From Candidatus Sericytochromatia bacterium (GTDB taxonomy: Bacteria > Cyanobacteriota > Sericytochromatia > S15B-MN24 > JAQBPE01), in the NCBI GenBank assembly GCA_035285125.1, contig JAYKHR010000011.1, positions 23,653-87,652 on the forward strand: 64,000 nt of DNA, given 5' to 3'. Below the pieces are notes generated by a model. That model did no database searches and was not told where the DNA came from. It saw nothing but the letters and a program-made list of their open reading frames with translations. Of the stretch, positions 17,687 through 28,391 are shown one piece after another (the first letter of the stretch is position 1; every line of letters starts with the position of its first letter). The position numbers and the translations under genes are program-made.

Positions 17687-19588
17687 GTGCCCCGCCTCGT
17701 AGTCTCGTCACTGAGCCTGGCCTTGCTCGCCCTGGCCACAGGGTGTCAGCGCGCGCCCATGGTCGAGCCACCCCGACCAGAGGCGCCCGCACTCGGGACG
17801 GCTCGCCTCGAGCTGCGCTGGCCTGCCTGGGTCGGGCAGCGGACCCTGCTGGGCGTCAGGCCCACGGCCAAGGCCCGCATCACCATCCAGGGCAGCGGGA
17901 TCGCCGAGCCCATCGTGCAGGACGTGCCGATCGCGATGGGCAGCACGCCGGCGGCGACCATCTTCCAGGTCCCGGTGGGCGTGCTGCGGCTCTTCACCCT
18001 GCGCTTCCTGACGGACGCGGGGACGGTGCTCGAGGGCCTCCACTACGGGGGCTACGCGGAGGTGCAGCCGGGCGTCGTGCGGCTCACGCTCAGCGACAGG
18101 TCCACCGTTTGCCATGACGTCTACCTCGACTGGCTCACCCGGTACGGCGCCGGGGCCGCCTCGCCGCTGAGCACCGAGGTGGTGGAGTCCGTCGTCAACG
18201 ACACGCTCGACAACTTCCGCGTGCCCTCGCCCCGGCTGCTCGACGTCAGCGCCGTGGCGCTTGCCCTCAAGGACGCCACCACCAAGAACTTGCCGGTCCC
18301 GAAGGAAGAATGGGTGGCCCGGCCGGGCTTCGTGAGTGTCGGCTTCCTCGACTTCCCCAGCGGCACCCCCGTCGCCGTCAGCGTGAACGACGCGATCTCC
18401 GCGCCCGTGGTCTCCCTGCGCGGGGAGCCGGTGGTGCTCGGGCCCATCGCGCCGAGTGCCCAGGACTACACCCTGCGCCTCACACCGCTCGCGGGGAACC
18501 TCGGATCGGACCTGGCGCCTCAAGACGTCCCCTTCCGCGTCTCGCAAGAGGCCCTTACGCCGAAGATGCCGTCGATGTCCTTCTCGCGCTCGACGCCGGG
18601 GGACCCCCTCCCGGGCCGCCTCGGCGGCGGGATGTGCCTCGGGCTGGGGGGCACGGAGGACGGGTTGGTCATGCTCGGGGGGCTGGAGCAGCCCAACAGC
18701 GTGGCGCCGGGCATCACGGGGGAGGCCCGGGTCGGGAGGGCCACGGAGGCCTTGCGCTACACCCGGGCGGGCAAGTGGCAGCGCGCCAACCCCCTGCCTG
18801 CCACCTTCCCGTGGTTCGGCGCGGGGGTCGCGGCCGTCGGCAGCAAGGTCTACGTCTTCGGGGGGCAGGTGGCCGGCATGGGCATCGACCGCGTCCACGT
18901 CGTCGACACGGCCGGCACCACCGCCGCCACCCAGCTCGATGCCCCCCTCACCATCTCCCAGGACCGCTACCCCAAGGCCGCGACGGTGCTGCTCTCGGAG
19001 TGTGCAGCAGCGGCCTTGAACGGCCGGATCTTCGTCGCCGGGGGCTACACCCACCTGCCGAACCGCCCTGACATCGACCCGGAGCCCTTCACCGAGATGC
19101 TTTCCTTCGTGCCGGAGAGCGGCAGCTTCGAGCCCAACCCGCCCCCGGGCCTGCCGGAGGGCACCGAGCGCGCGAGCCCTGCCAGCGCCGTCCTGGGGTC
19201 CAACTGGTACCTGATCGGGGGCTGGAACGGCAACGGGCCCATGCGCCTCGTCCAACGGTTCGGGGGCACCGACTGGGAGGCGATGGCCCTCATGCCGACG
19301 GCGCGCGCCCACGCAACGGCCGTCGTCCATGACGGCAAGATCTGGGTGATCGGCGGGGAGGAGCGCAACGACGTCCCGAGCCGCGCCGTGGAGGTTTATG
19401 ACCCGGCCACGAACGCTTGGACCCTGCGCGCCCCCTTGCGCACGCCGCGGCTCAGGCCCGCCGCCGGCGTCGTGCGAGCCGCGGACGGCACGGCCCGTAT
19501 CGTCGTGGCGGGAGGGCTCACGGGCACGCACGTCACGGACCTCGGGCTCCCCTTGCCAGCGAACGCCACCGAGGAGCTGAAGCCGTGA
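17687..19588 (+). CDS. Kelch-repeat lipoprotein
   Basis: GGAGGAG RBS with GTG start and lipobox LATGC. KVYVFGG, RIFVAGG, WYLIGG and KIWVIGG...VEVYDPATNAW repeats. Confidence 0.88.
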   Translation: MPRLVVSSLSLALLALATGCQRAPMVEPPRPEAPALGTARLELRWPAWVGQRTLLGVRPTAKARITIQGSGIAEPIVQDVPIAMGSTPAATIFQVPVGVLRLFTLRFLTDAGTVLEGLHYGGYAEVQPGVVRLTLSDRSTVCHDVYLDWLTRYGAGAASPLSTEVVESVVNDTLDNFRVPSPRLLDVSAVALALKDATTKNLPVPKEEWVARPGFVSVGFLDFPSGTPVAVSVNDAISAPVVSLRGEPVVLGPIAPSAQDYTLRLTPLAGNLGSDLAPQDVPFRVSQEALTPKMPSMSFSRSTPGDPLPGRLGGGMCLGLGGTEDGLVMLGGLEQPNSVAPGITGEARVGRATEALRYTRAGKWQRANPLPATFPWFGAGVAAVGSKVYVFGGQVAGMGIDRVHVVDTAGTTAATQLDAPLTISQDRYPKAATVLLSECAAAALNGRIFVAGGYTHLPNRPDIDPEPFTEMLSFVPESGSFEPNPPPGLPEGTERASPASAVLGSNWYLIGGWNGNGPMRLVQRFGGTDWEAMALMPTARAHATAVVHDGKIWVIGGEERNDVPSRAVEVYDPATNAWTLRAPLRTPRLRPAAGVVRAADGTARIVVAGGLTGTHVTDLGLPLPANATEELKP

Positions 19589-20889
19589 GCCGCCGCGTGT
19601 TCCCTTTCGTGCTCGCCCTGGCGGCCATCAGCGGCTGCTTCGGCCCGTCCCAGCCGCCTCCCGAAGAGGACACCGGCGTGGTGCGGCGGCGGGGGAACAC
19701 CACGGCCAAGGGCGTCAGCCCGTCCCCGGCGCCGAAGCGTTCCGGGGCCAGTGGCACCGAGTACCTGACGGGGAACCCGGCCCTGGAGACGGGCCCGGGC
19801 GGTGGTGCCACCGCCTCGGGCACCGTGGCGACCGACCCCAACGTGTCTCCGCCCCCACCCCCCACGGGCAGCCCATTCCCGAGCGTGGAGCCCTCCACCG
19901 GCTTGCAGATCGCCTTCGAGGAGCGGACGGGCAGCTGGGGCATCCGGCCCTACCTCAACCGGCCGCGCGCCGGGCACGTGGCCGGCGCCTTCAAGGACCG
20001 CCTCATGGTCGTTGAGGGCGATCACCGGCCCTCCCTCGAGACCCTGGCTGCGGGCGCGGATCGCTGGGGCCTCGACGACACCTACGACGCCCAGTTCGGC
20101 CTGAGGGGCGAGGGCCAGACGCTCGGGCAGGGCCTCAGCCTGGGGGTCGGGGCGATGGCTTACGAGGACACGGAGCTCTGGCTGGCCGGTGGCCTGGCCG
20201 GCGTCCAGAACGCCGACGGCACGCAAGGGGCCGCGGCGCTGCACCTCTACCGCGTGGCCGAGGGCTACGCCAGCGCCCGCAAGGACGAGAGCGCGCGCAC
20301 GATGGGCACCGGCCGTCACGCCGCTGCAGGCGGGCTGGTGGAGGGGGCCTTTGTCCTTGCCGGGGGCATCGCCAAGCCCGGGGAGATCGTCCAGCGCGTG
20401 GAGTTGGTGGCGATCGGCGGCCGAGCCAAGACCGAGAACGGCCCGGCGATGCCCGTGCCCGTGGCAGGCGCCGCCTCCACCGTCGCCGTGGGGCGGCTCT
20501 ACGTGATCGGGGGCTACACCTTCACGGGGGGCAGGCCTGCGCCCGTCGACCAGGTGCAGGTCTATGACGGCAAGTCCAAGACCTGGCTGGCCGCCGGGGC
20601 GACGGGCACCCTGCCCGCGCTGCCCGTCAAGCTGCACGGGGCCGCCGCGGCCTTCGTGCCGGAGGTCAGCACCATCTACGTGGCCGGCGGGTTCGACGCG
20701 ACGGGCAAGCCGCTCGACACGGTCTACGCCTTCTCGCTGACGGCCGGCGACCGATGGAACACGATGCGGCCCATGCCGACGGCCCGCGGGCTGCTGTCGC
20801 TCACGGCCTTCAACGGGGCGCTCTGGGCCATCGGGGGCGTCGGGCAGGGGCGCAAGGCGCTGCAGACCGTGGAGGCCTATCAGCCATGA
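19585..20889 (+). CDS. Kelch-repeat lipoprotein
   Basis: GTGA overlap with the upstream stop and lipobox AISGC. RLYVIGG, IYVAGG, LWAIGG and MPTAR repeats. Confidence 0.88.
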   Translation: MSRRVFPFVLALAAISGCFGPSQPPPEEDTGVVRRRGNTTAKGVSPSPAPKRSGASGTEYLTGNPALETGPGGGATASGTVATDPNVSPPPPPTGSPFPSVEPSTGLQIAFEERTGSWGIRPYLNRPRAGHVAGAFKDRLMVVEGDHRPSLETLAAGADRWGLDDTYDAQFGLRGEGQTLGQGLSLGVGAMAYEDTELWLAGGLAGVQNADGTQGAAALHLYRVAEGYASARKDESARTMGTGRHAAAGGLVEGAFVLAGGIAKPGEIVQRVELVAIGGRAKTENGPAMPVPVAGAASTVAVGRLYVIGGYTFTGGRPAPVDQVQVYDGKSKTWLAAGATGTLPALPVKLHGAAAAFVPEVSTIYVAGGFDATGKPLDTVYAFSLTAGDRWNTMRPMPTARGLLSLTAFNGALWAIGGVGQGRKALQTVEAYQP

Positions 20890-22430
20890 CCCAGCCTCGT
20901 TCCCGTCCCAGGCTCGGTGCCGCCCTCGGGGCCCTGCTGCTGCTCGCCGGCTGCCAGGTGCCGCAACCTCTGTCGCTGGCGGAGGCCCCTGCCGGCCTCC
21001 AAGCGCCGGCGGCGCCGCCGGCGTTGCCAGGCGGCGCCCCGGAGCCCGTGTGGCCGGTCGTCGCCCCGGACCCGGCTTCCCCCGCGAGGCCGGCGACCCG
21101 GGAGGCCCAGCCGGCGCACGCCCCTGACAGGCTCATTGTCGGGCTGCGCCCTGGCGTCAGCGCGGCCCGGTTTCTGGCCGAGGCCGGCGACGACGGCCTG
21201 ACACTGCTGCGCGACGCGGACTGGGACGGCCGCCACGTCCTGACGTTGCGGGTCCGCGACCGGACTGTCCTCGGCGCCACGCGCGCCCGCCTCGCGGCGC
21301 TGTCGGCGGTCACCAGCGTGGACCTCGACGTGTACGCCCGACCCCACCTCGTGCCGACCGACCCGCTGTACCCGGAGCAGTGGGGCCACCACCCGGCCTT
21401 CGGCAACACGGAAGGCGCCTGGGACAAGCTCACGGGCGTGGATCAATCGAAGGTCATCGTGGCGGTGATCGACTCCGGCATCGACTTCGCCCACGAGGAG
21501 TTCCGTGTCACCACGCAAGGCGATCGCCTGATCGGGGGACGCAACGTGACGCCGAAGCCCGACGGGCTCTCCGGCACGGCCGAGCAGTGGGCGGGCGTGC
21601 TGGCCGACGAGCTCGGCCACGGCACCTTGACGGCCGGCATCATCGGGGCGATCGGCAACAACGGCAAGGGCACGGCCGGCGTGGCGTGGACCTGCCGGAT
21701 CATGCCCATCAAGGCAGACAGCTACGACGATCAGGGGCGCACCACCTTCCTGCTCAGCGACGTCATCGAGGCGATGCGCTACGCCGCCACCTACGAAGAC
21801 GCTGGTGGGGCACGCGTGCGCGTGATCAATATGAGCCTGGGGGCGAACACGGGGCGGGTGATCCCGATCTACAACGACGCCGTGTCCTTTGCGCGGTCCA
21901 AGGGGATCCTCGTGGTGGCGTCGACGGGCAACCAGGGAGCCCCCTACGTCGCGCCGCCCGCGAACACCCCCGGCGTCCTCGCCGTCGGGGCCACGGGCAC
22001 CTACATGGGCACCGAGTTCGTGGCCCATTACTCCAACTATGGCCCCCGCCTCGACCTCGTGGCGCCCGGCAGCTCCACCCGGGCGCCGATCCCGAACGGC
22101 CCCTCCCAGGTCGGCAGCGTGGGGCAGACCCCTCAGACCGGCTACGCCGTCGTCTCGGGCACCTCCGAGGCCGCCCCGTACGTCGCGGGCGTCGCGGCCC
22201 TCGTGTTCGCGAAGTACGACCAGGGCAATGCCTCCGTCGCCTCGTCGAACGACGCCTCCGCCATGGTGGACAAGGTGCGCCTGCACCTGATGGCCTCGAC
22301 GGACGATTTCGGCACGCCGGGTTGGGACCCCTCCTGGGGTTATGGCCGCCTCAACGCCGACAAGGCGCTGACGCCCCAGGCCCTGCAGGGCCTGTCGCCG
22401 ACGGAGGCCCGCAAGCCGGTGCTGGAGTGA
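20886..22430 (+). CDS. S8 subtilisin-like serine protease, lipoprotein
   Basis: ATGA overlap and lipobox LLAGC. Catalytic triad in VIDSG, GHGT and SGTSEAAP, plus INMSLG and GYGRLNA. Confidence 0.93.
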   Translation: MTQPRSRPRLGAALGALLLLAGCQVPQPLSLAEAPAGLQAPAAPPALPGGAPEPVWPVVAPDPASPARPATREAQPAHAPDRLIVGLRPGVSAARFLAEAGDDGLTLLRDADWDGRHVLTLRVRDRTVLGATRARLAALSAVTSVDLDVYARPHLVPTDPLYPEQWGHHPAFGNTEGAWDKLTGVDQSKVIVAVIDSGIDFAHEEFRVTTQGDRLIGGRNVTPKPDGLSGTAEQWAGVLADELGHGTLTAGIIGAIGNNGKGTAGVAWTCRIMPIKADSYDDQGRTTFLLSDVIEAMRYAATYEDAGGARVRVINMSLGANTGRVIPIYNDAVSFARSKGILVVASTGNQGAPYVAPPANTPGVLAVGATGTYMGTEFVAHYSNYGPRLDLVAPGSSTRAPIPNGPSQVGSVGQTPQTGYAVVSGTSEAAPYVAGVAALVFAKYDQGNASVASSNDASAMVDKVRLHLMASTDDFGTPGWDPSWGYGRLNADKALTPQALQGLSPTEARKPVLE

Positions 22431-22447
22431 CAGGGCGCCCCTGGCCG

Positions 22448-22458
22448 TGTGGTATATT
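22448..22458 (+). promoter_or_regulatory. extended -10 promoter element for the tRNA
   Basis: TGTGG-TATATT about 40 bp upstream of the tRNA. Confidence 0.55.
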
Positions 22459-22498
22459 GTCGCCGTGCCAGCCCGCGCCTGCGCGGCGCCCGGCACGT

Positions 22499-22585
22499 GG
22501 GCGTTTGGCAGAGTGGTCGATTGCGTTCGTCTTGAAAACGAATGAGGTCTGAAAGCCTCCGAGGGTTCGAATCCCTCAGCGCCCG
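22499..22585 (+). tRNA. tRNA-Ser (anticodon TGA), CCA not encoded
   Basis: Acceptor stem GGGCGTT/AGCGCCC, D-loop TGGCAGAGTGG, anticodon arm TTCGT-CTTGAAA-ACGAA, long variable arm, T-arm GAGGG-TTCGAAT-CCCTC and discriminator G. Confidence 0.97.
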
Positions 22586-22647
22586 CTGCTCCTCCCCCGG
22601 CCGTCGCCTGGCCTTCCGCCATCGGCGACGCCGGGCGCAGGCAGGGG

Positions 22648-23604
22648 TCAGGCCGCCTGTACCTGAGGGCCCAGCGGCAGCCGCAGCAGCCGCTCGATGT
22701 TCGCGTTGGCCTCGCCCTGGAACGCCCTGACGCCCGCGAGCACGCGCCAGGCCTCGAGCGCCGTGCTGAAGAGCCCATAGGCCTCGGCCGCGCCGGCCCA
22801 GGCGATGTGGAACTCCCCGGGCGTCTCCTCGAGCCTGGCGGCCTGCGAGAGCGCGGACAGGGCGTCGTCGTCCCGGCCGAGGGCCAGCAGTCCCTGCGTG
22901 AGCTTCCAGTAGTCCTCGGCCGTGCCGGGCGCCAGCGCCACGGCCAGCTCCAGCTCGGTCACCAGCTGGCGCTGGTCGCCCAGGCGCTCGGCGGCCAGGG
23001 CGAGCAGGCGGTGGATCTGGGCGCACCCCGGCGCGATGCGGAGCACCAGGTGCAGCTGGGTCACGGCGCGCTTGGCGTCGCCGAGGTCGAGGCACAGCTC
23101 GGCCAGGAGCAGGCGCGCCTCGACGTTGGTGCGATCGTGGTAGACGGCCTGGTTGAGCGCCTTGACGGCCTCTTGAGGCTGCTCGTGCCGCAGCAGGGCC
23201 CCGATGGCCCGGTGGGCCCGGGCGCACCGTCCGTCGACGGCAAGGGCCGCCCGGTAGCTGGCGAGAGCCTCTGCCTGCTGCCCGAGCGCCGCCTGGGCTG
23301 CCCCGAGGGCGAGCAGCAGCCCGAGGTCGCGCGGCGTGCGCCGCAGGGCGCGCTGCAGCCAGCCGAGGGCCTCCTCGGGCCTGCCGCCGCGGTCCGCCAG
23401 GGTGGCGAGGCCCATCAGCACCTCGGGGTCCTGGGGGTGCTGGTCCAGCGCGCGGCGCAGCAGCGGCTCCGCAGCGGCCAGGTCGCCGGCGACGAGCGCG
23501 GCCAGGCCCTCCTCGCGGGGGCGCTCCGGCTGGGCAGGCTTGCCGCCACGCCTCAGGATCTCCAGATACTGCTGCATCATCGGGGGCACCTGGCTCTCGG
23601 TCAC
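22648..23604 (-). CDS. tetratricopeptide repeat protein
   Basis: Successive A...L.RAL...P.....L..LG/LA helical repeats with roughly 34-aa periodicity. Confidence 0.85.
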   Translation of the reverse strand: MTESQVPPMMQQYLEILRRGGKPAQPERPREEGLAALVAGDLAAAEPLLRRALDQHPQDPEVLMGLATLADRGGRPEEALGWLQRALRRTPRDLGLLLALGAAQAALGQQAEALASYRAALAVDGRCARAHRAIGALLRHEQPQEAVKALNQAVYHDRTNVEARLLLAELCLDLGDAKRAVTQLHLVLRIAPGCAQIHRLLALAAERLGDQRQLVTELELAVALAPGTAEDYWKLTQGLLALGRDDDALSALSQAARLEETPGEFHIAWAGAAEAYGLFSTALEAWRVLAGVRAFQGEANANIERLLRLPLGPQVQAA

Positions 23605-23789
23605 CCCAGTTATGGCTGGACCGCGCTCGCTGCTGACGTCAAGGTTGCGTTATGAACGTTAAGGCCCGGTGGGTGGTGCCCGGCGCCGGAGGTCGGGGGG
23701 CCTGCCCCTCGCGAGGGTGCGTCCCGCCACCTCGGTCCGGGGCGCGGGTCTGCTATCATCGGCTGAGCCCCCCTGAGCCTTTGCCTGCG

Positions 23790-24188
23790 ATGCCCCACCA
23801 CCCTGCCCTCGACGCCTTCCGCGCCCACCTTCAGGCCCATGCGGGCCGCCTGGCTGCCTCCGAGGTGCCTCTGGCCCTCGCGGCGTTGCACGAGTACCTC
23901 GACCAGGGAGCGGCCCTCGATCGGGCACTGCGGGCTGACGTCGCGACGTTCCGGCCTGCTGACGAAACGGGGCGGCTGCTCTGCTGGCTGTACGTGGTGA
24001 CGATCGACGCTGCCACGCACACGGGGCGCGAAGGTGCCCTCGCGGCCCACGCCGCCACGGCCGGGCCCCTCGCCGCGGAGGCCGGGGAGCTTCACCGGCG
24101 CCTCACCTCGGCCGAGTTCCTGGCGGCCCGGGGCCAGCGCCCCGTGGTCGCGAACCGGCCCGACGGGCGCGGGTGCGGGGCGACTTGA
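23790..24188 (+). CDS. hypothetical protein
   Basis: Helical-looking ORF filling the gap, preceded by a TG-C-TATCAT extended -10 at about 23751. Confidence 0.5.
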   Translation: MPHHPALDAFRAHLQAHAGRLAASEVPLALAALHEYLDQGAALDRALRADVATFRPADETGRLLCWLYVVTIDAATHTGREGALAAHAATAGPLAAEAGELHRRLTSAEFLAARGQRPVVANRPDGRGCGAT

Positions 24189-24226
24189 CGCAGCGCCCGT
24201 CGGGCGAAGACCACGAGGGCCGGGCC

Positions 24227-25402
24227 ATGCAAACGGGGGCGTCGGAAGCCAGGATCAGCGACCTGCAGGTGCTGAGGGCGGTCGCGGTGCTGGCCGTCGC
24301 GGTGACGCACCTGCGGGGGTTCCTGCTGCCCGGGGACCTGCCATTTTTCGGGCGCCTCCACGCCTACTTCAGCGGCTCGCCGGGCGTCGACCTGTTCATG
24401 GTGATCTCGGGCTTCATCATCGCGCGCCGGCTGATCCCCGAGATCATCGGCGCGCAGCCTGGCGCCTTCTGGCCCGTCGTGGCCCACTTCTGGGCGCGGC
24501 GGGCGGTGAGGCTGCTGCCCGCCGCGTGGTGCTGGCTGGCCCTGACGCTGGCCCTGGCGATCGGGTTCAACGCCTCCGGGGCGTTCGGGGCCTTCTCCGC
24601 CAACCTTTCCTGGGCCGTCAAGGCCGTGCTGCTGGCCGCCAACTTTCAGTACGTGGGGGTGCCGGATCCGTCGGCCCTCGGGGCCCTGTCGCACTACTGG
24701 TCCTTGTCCCTCGAGGAGCAGTTCTACCTGGCCCTGCCCTTCGTCTTGCTGGCGGCCGCAGCGCGACCCGCCACGGTGCTGGTCGGGTTGGTGCTCTTGC
24801 AGTGCCTGCCGCTGCCCGGCCTCGAGCTGTACTGGGTGCCCTTCCGCTTCACGCCGCTGCTGCTCGGCGTGCTGCTCGGGCTCGGGCAGGTGCGTGGGGG
24901 GCTGGCCCATCTCGCCCCCACCTTCCTCGCGGCGCGGCGCGGCTGGGGCTTCCTCGCGCTGCTGCTGGGCAGCGGCTGTCTCGTCACGCTGCTGGGGTCC
25001 TCGTTGCAGTTCGTGAGCGCGCGGGAAGCCAACTTCCTGGCGGCCTGGTGCTCCCTGCTGCTGGTCTGGCTGGCCTCCTACGACCTCAAGCTCTTCAGCG
25101 TCCAGCCGTGGGTCGACCGGCTGCTGGTGGGGCTGGGCGATCGCTCCTACGCCCTGTACCTGTGCCACATGCCGACCTATTGCCTGTGCCGGGAGCTGCT
25201 GCACCGCTTCGGGGGCGACCTCGCGCCCCGCTCCGAGGCGCACGTGGCCACCGCCCTCGTGCTGGCAGTCGCGCTCCTCGCCGCCTTCACGGAGCTCACG
25301 CACCGCCTGATCGAGCGGCGCTGGCAGCGGGCGTGGGCGCCTGGCCTTGCCGAGCTTGGCGCCCGCAAGCAGGCTGCCCTGAGGCCTTCTGCGGGGGGCT
25401 GA
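24227..25402 (+). CDS. acyltransferase family 3 (OafA-like O-acetyltransferase)
   Basis: LRAVAVLAV..H, GVDLFMVISGFII, RRAVRLLP, HYWSLSLEEQFY and GDRSYALYLCH. Confidence 0.92.
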   Translation: MQTGASEARISDLQVLRAVAVLAVAVTHLRGFLLPGDLPFFGRLHAYFSGSPGVDLFMVISGFIIARRLIPEIIGAQPGAFWPVVAHFWARRAVRLLPAAWCWLALTLALAIGFNASGAFGAFSANLSWAVKAVLLAANFQYVGVPDPSALGALSHYWSLSLEEQFYLALPFVLLAAAARPATVLVGLVLLQCLPLPGLELYWVPFRFTPLLLGVLLGLGQVRGGLAHLAPTFLAARRGWGFLALLLGSGCLVTLLGSSLQFVSAREANFLAAWCSLLLVWLASYDLKLFSVQPWVDRLLVGLGDRSYALYLCHMPTYCLCRELLHRFGGDLAPRSEAHVATALVLAVALLAAFTELTHRLIERRWQRAWAPGLAELGARKQAALRPSAGG

Positions 25403-25422
25403 GGGGGCGGCGTCCGCCGGCC

Positions 25423-25713
25423 TCACACCGTCAGGAACTCCGTCGAGACGTCCGCCACGTGGGCCTCGAACTGGTGGTGCTCCAGCCAGTCGAGGGCCTT
25501 GGAGAGCACCCGGTTGGCTTGCTGCTGGTCGTTGGCACACAGCACCAGGCCGAGCGTCGCGGCCTCGGGGTCGTCGAGTGCGTCCACCTCGGCGGCCATG
25601 ACCGAGAACTGGTTCATCAGCTTCTGCACGATGGGGCGGACGATCGCCCGCTTGTCTTTCAGCGAGCCGATGTCCGTGAGCTCGAGTTCCACCGTCGCGA
25701 CGCCCACGATCAT
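25423..25713 (-). CDS. DUF503 (YlxP-like) protein
   Basis: MIVGV..VEL.L....SLKDKR.IV..I..KL...F.V.AAEV family pattern. GGAGG RBS. Confidence 0.88.
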   Translation of the reverse strand: MIVGVATVELELTDIGSLKDKRAIVRPIVQKLMNQFSVMAAEVDALDDPEAATLGLVLCANDQQQANRVLSKALDWLEHHQFEAHVADVSTEFLTV

Positions 25714-25814
25714 GGCCACCTCCCTCGTCTGGCGCCATGGTAGGTCAGCCGGCGCGGGCCGACAACAAGGGCCGGGGGGTTCCAAAGCGGTCGGGGGCGT
25801 GCCATCATGGGGCC

Positions 25815-27056
25815 ATGACGACCACCGACGCTCGCCACTCCCTGCCCCGCACCGAGGCGCTGATCGCCCTCGAAGACCGCTACGGCGCCCACAACTACCA
25901 CCCGCTCGGCATCGTGATCGCCGAGGCGCAGGGGGCGTGGGTGACGGACGTCGAGGGGCGCCGGTTCCTGGACGGCCTGTCGGCCTACTCGGCCGTCAAC
26001 CAGGGCCATGCGCACCCGCATATCATCGACGCGCTCGTGCGGCAGGCGCAGCGGGTCACGCTGACGTCGCGGGCCTTCCACAACGACCAGCTCGGGCGCT
26101 TCTACGAGAAGCTCGCGGGGCTGACGGGCCTGCCCAAGGTGCTACCCATGAACTCGGGCGCCGAGGCCGTCGAGACGGCCCTCAAGGCAGCCCGCAAGTG
26201 GGCCTACCAGGTGAAGGGCGTGCCCGAGGGGCAGGCCGAGATCATCACCTCGACCGGCAACTTCCACGGGCGCACCATCTCCATCGTGAGCTTCTCGACC
26301 GAGCCCCAGTACCGGCAAGGCTTTGGGCCCTTCACCCCGGGCTTCAAGACCGTGCCTTACGGCGACGTCGAGGCGCTGCGGGCCGCCATCGGGCCCAACA
26401 CGGCGGCGGTGTCGCTCGAGCCCATCCAGGGCGAGGCGGGCATCATCGTGCCGCCCGACGGCTACCTGCGCGAGGTGGCCGCCCTTTGCAAGGAGCACAA
26501 CGTGCTGCTGATGCTCGACGAGATCCAGACCGGCCTCGGCCGCACGGGCAAGCTCTTCGCCTTTCAGCACGAGGACGTGATGCCGGACGTGCTGGTGCTG
26601 GGCAAGGCGCTGTCCGGCGGTTGCTACCCCGTCTCGGCGATGTGCGCCCGCGAGGACGTGATGGCCGTCTTCAACCCGGGCGACCACGGCTCGACCTTCG
26701 GCGGCAACCCGCTGGGATGCGCGGTGGCGATCGCGGCGCTCGAGGTCGTGGAGCGCGAGCAGCTTCCGGAACGGGCCGCCAGGCTCGGTGCGATGGCGTT
26801 CGCGCGGCTGCGGGCGATGGACAGCCGGCACGTCGTGGAGGTCCGCGGCAAGGGCCTGATGATCGGCATCGAGCTCAACACGGCCGCTCGGCCGTTCTGC
26901 GAGGCCCTGTGGGCCCGGGGGCTGCTGTGCAAGGAGACGCACCACAAGGTCATCCGCTTTGCGCCGCCGCTGGTGATCAGCGAGGAAGACCTGATGTGGG
27001 CCATCGACCAGCTCGTCGACACGCTGGCCGGCCCTGATGAGGCCGATGCCCCCTGA
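25815..27056 (+). CDS. rocD: ornithine--oxo-acid aminotransferase
   Basis: [54 protein letters not shown] and GLLCKETH. Confidence 0.95.
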   Translation: MTTTDARHSLPRTEALIALEDRYGAHNYHPLGIVIAEAQGAWVTDVEGRRFLDGLSAYSAVNQGHAHPHIIDALVRQAQRVTLTSRAFHNDQLGRFYEKLAGLTGLPKVLPMNSGAEAVETALKAARKWAYQVKGVPEGQAEIITSTGNFHGRTISIVSFSTEPQYRQGFGPFTPGFKTVPYGDVEALRAAIGPNTAAVSLEPIQGEAGIIVPPDGYLREVAALCKEHNVLLMLDEIQTGLGRTGKLFAFQHEDVMPDVLVLGKALSGGCYPVSAMCAREDVMAVFNPGDHGSTFGGNPLGCAVAIAALEVVEREQLPERAARLGAMAFARLRAMDSRHVVEVRGKGLMIGIELNTAARPFCEALWARGLLCKETHHKVIRFAPPLVISEEDLMWAIDQLVDTLAGPDEADAP

Positions 27057-28251
27057 GGCCGGGCTGGCAGCGGTCGGGGCCGGGACCTGGCTGCTCGAGC
27101 CGGGGCTCGACTTCCTGAATCACGGCTCCTTCGGGGCCTGTCCACGGGCCGTGCTCGCCGCCCAGCAGGCCTGGCGCGAGCGCATGGAGGCGCAGCCCGT
27201 GCGCTTCCTGGCGCGCGACCTCGAGGGGCTCCTCGACGAGGCGCGGGAGGTGCTGGCGGCCTTCATCGGCGCCGATTCGGGCGGGCTCGCCTTCGTGCCC
27301 AACGCCACCACGGGCGTCGCCACGGTGCTCGCGGGCCTGGAGCTGGGGCCAGGCGACGAGCTGCTCACGACCAGCCACGCCTACCCCGCCGTGCGCAAGG
27401 CCCTGCGGCGCACCGCGGAGCGGACGGGGGCCTGCGTGGTGGAGGCCGCCGTGCCGTTTCCCCTGGCGGGGCCCGACGACGTGCTCGGGCCGGTGCTGGC
27501 CGCTGCGGGCCCGCGCACCCGGCTGGCCGTGCTCGACCACATCACGAGCCCCACGGCCGTGCTCTTGCCCATCGAGGCGCTGGTGCAGGCGCTGGCCGCC
27601 CGGGGCATCGACACGCTCGTGGACGGGGCGCACGCCCCTGGCCAGGTGCCCCTGGACCTGCGGGCCCTCGGCGCCGCTTACTACACCGGCAACTGCCACA
27701 AGTGGCTGGGCGCCCCCAAGGGCGCGGCCTTCCTGCACGTCCGCGAGGATCTGCGGGCGCGGGTGGCCCCCCTCGTCACCAGCCACGGCTTCTACAACCC
27801 GCGCGCCGATCGCGACGCCTACTGGCTGACCTTCGACTGGGTCGGGACGGGGGACCCCACGGCCGTGCTGGCCATCCCGACGGCGATCGCGACGCTGGGG
27901 GGGCTCGTGACGGGGGGCTGGTCGGCCCTGATGGCGCGCAACAGGGCCCTGGCCCTCGAGGCCCAAGGGGAGCTCGCAGCTGCCCTCGGCGTCGACCGCC
28001 CGGTGCCCGCCTCGATGCTGCCGGCGATGGCCGCGCTGCCCCTGCCTGCCTCGCAGGAGGCCCCACCTCCCGGTCCCCCGGTGCCCTCGGGCCTGCAGGC
28101 CCGCCTGCTCGACGCGGGCTTCGAACTTCCGCTCTTCCCGCACCCGATGGCCAGCGCGCGGCTGATGCGCGTGTCGGCCTTCGCCTACAACCATCCGGCG
28201 CAGTACGCGCGCCTGGCGGCCTGGCTGGCCGCCGAGGTGGGCCGCGTCTGA
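27046..28251 (+). CDS. class V PLP aminotransferase (isopenicillin N epimerase / cysteine lyase-like)
   Basis: [34 protein letters not shown] and GNCHKWL.APKG. Confidence 0.9.
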   Translation: MPPEAGLAAVGAGTWLLEPGLDFLNHGSFGACPRAVLAAQQAWRERMEAQPVRFLARDLEGLLDEAREVLAAFIGADSGGLAFVPNATTGVATVLAGLELGPGDELLTTSHAYPAVRKALRRTAERTGACVVEAAVPFPLAGPDDVLGPVLAAAGPRTRLAVLDHITSPTAVLLPIEALVQALAARGIDTLVDGAHAPGQVPLDLRALGAAYYTGNCHKWLGAPKGAAFLHVREDLRARVAPLVTSHGFYNPRADRDAYWLTFDWVGTGDPTAVLAIPTAIATLGGLVTGGWSALMARNRALALEAQGELAAALGVDRPVPASMLPAMAALPLPASQEAPPPGPPVPSGLQARLLDAGFELPLFPHPMASARLMRVSAFAYNHPAQYARLAAWLAAEVGRV

Positions 28252-28271
28252 CGGCGGTGTTCCCCCGTCAA

Positions 28272-28333
28272 AGGTAAAGAGGTGGTTGTTTACCTGTTAA
28301 AGGCCGAAAGGCCTGGCGCTGGTCGCCGGATAG
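28272..28333 (+). promoter_or_regulatory. inverted repeat operator candidate and sigma28-like promoter
   Basis: AGGTAAA-N10-TTTACCT (28272-28295). AAAG(28307)-N15-CCGGATAG(28326). Confidence 0.4.
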
Positions 28334-28391
28334 GGTCCTCAGCAGGTGCTAGCCGGCCCCCTCCCGGGGCCCGCGGAGAAAGGAGCCTCCC

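Noticed and set aside
20886..22430. GTSEA instead of GTSMA as a sign of an inactive protease
   Set aside because: The catalytic Asp, His and Ser are all present, and the residue after Ser varies among S8 proteases.
22499..22585. tRNA as tRNA-Sec, a suppressor, or an island attachment site
   Set aside because: The anticodon is TGA (Ser), not TCA, with a 7-bp acceptor stem. I saw no integrase and no duplicated tRNA 3' end.
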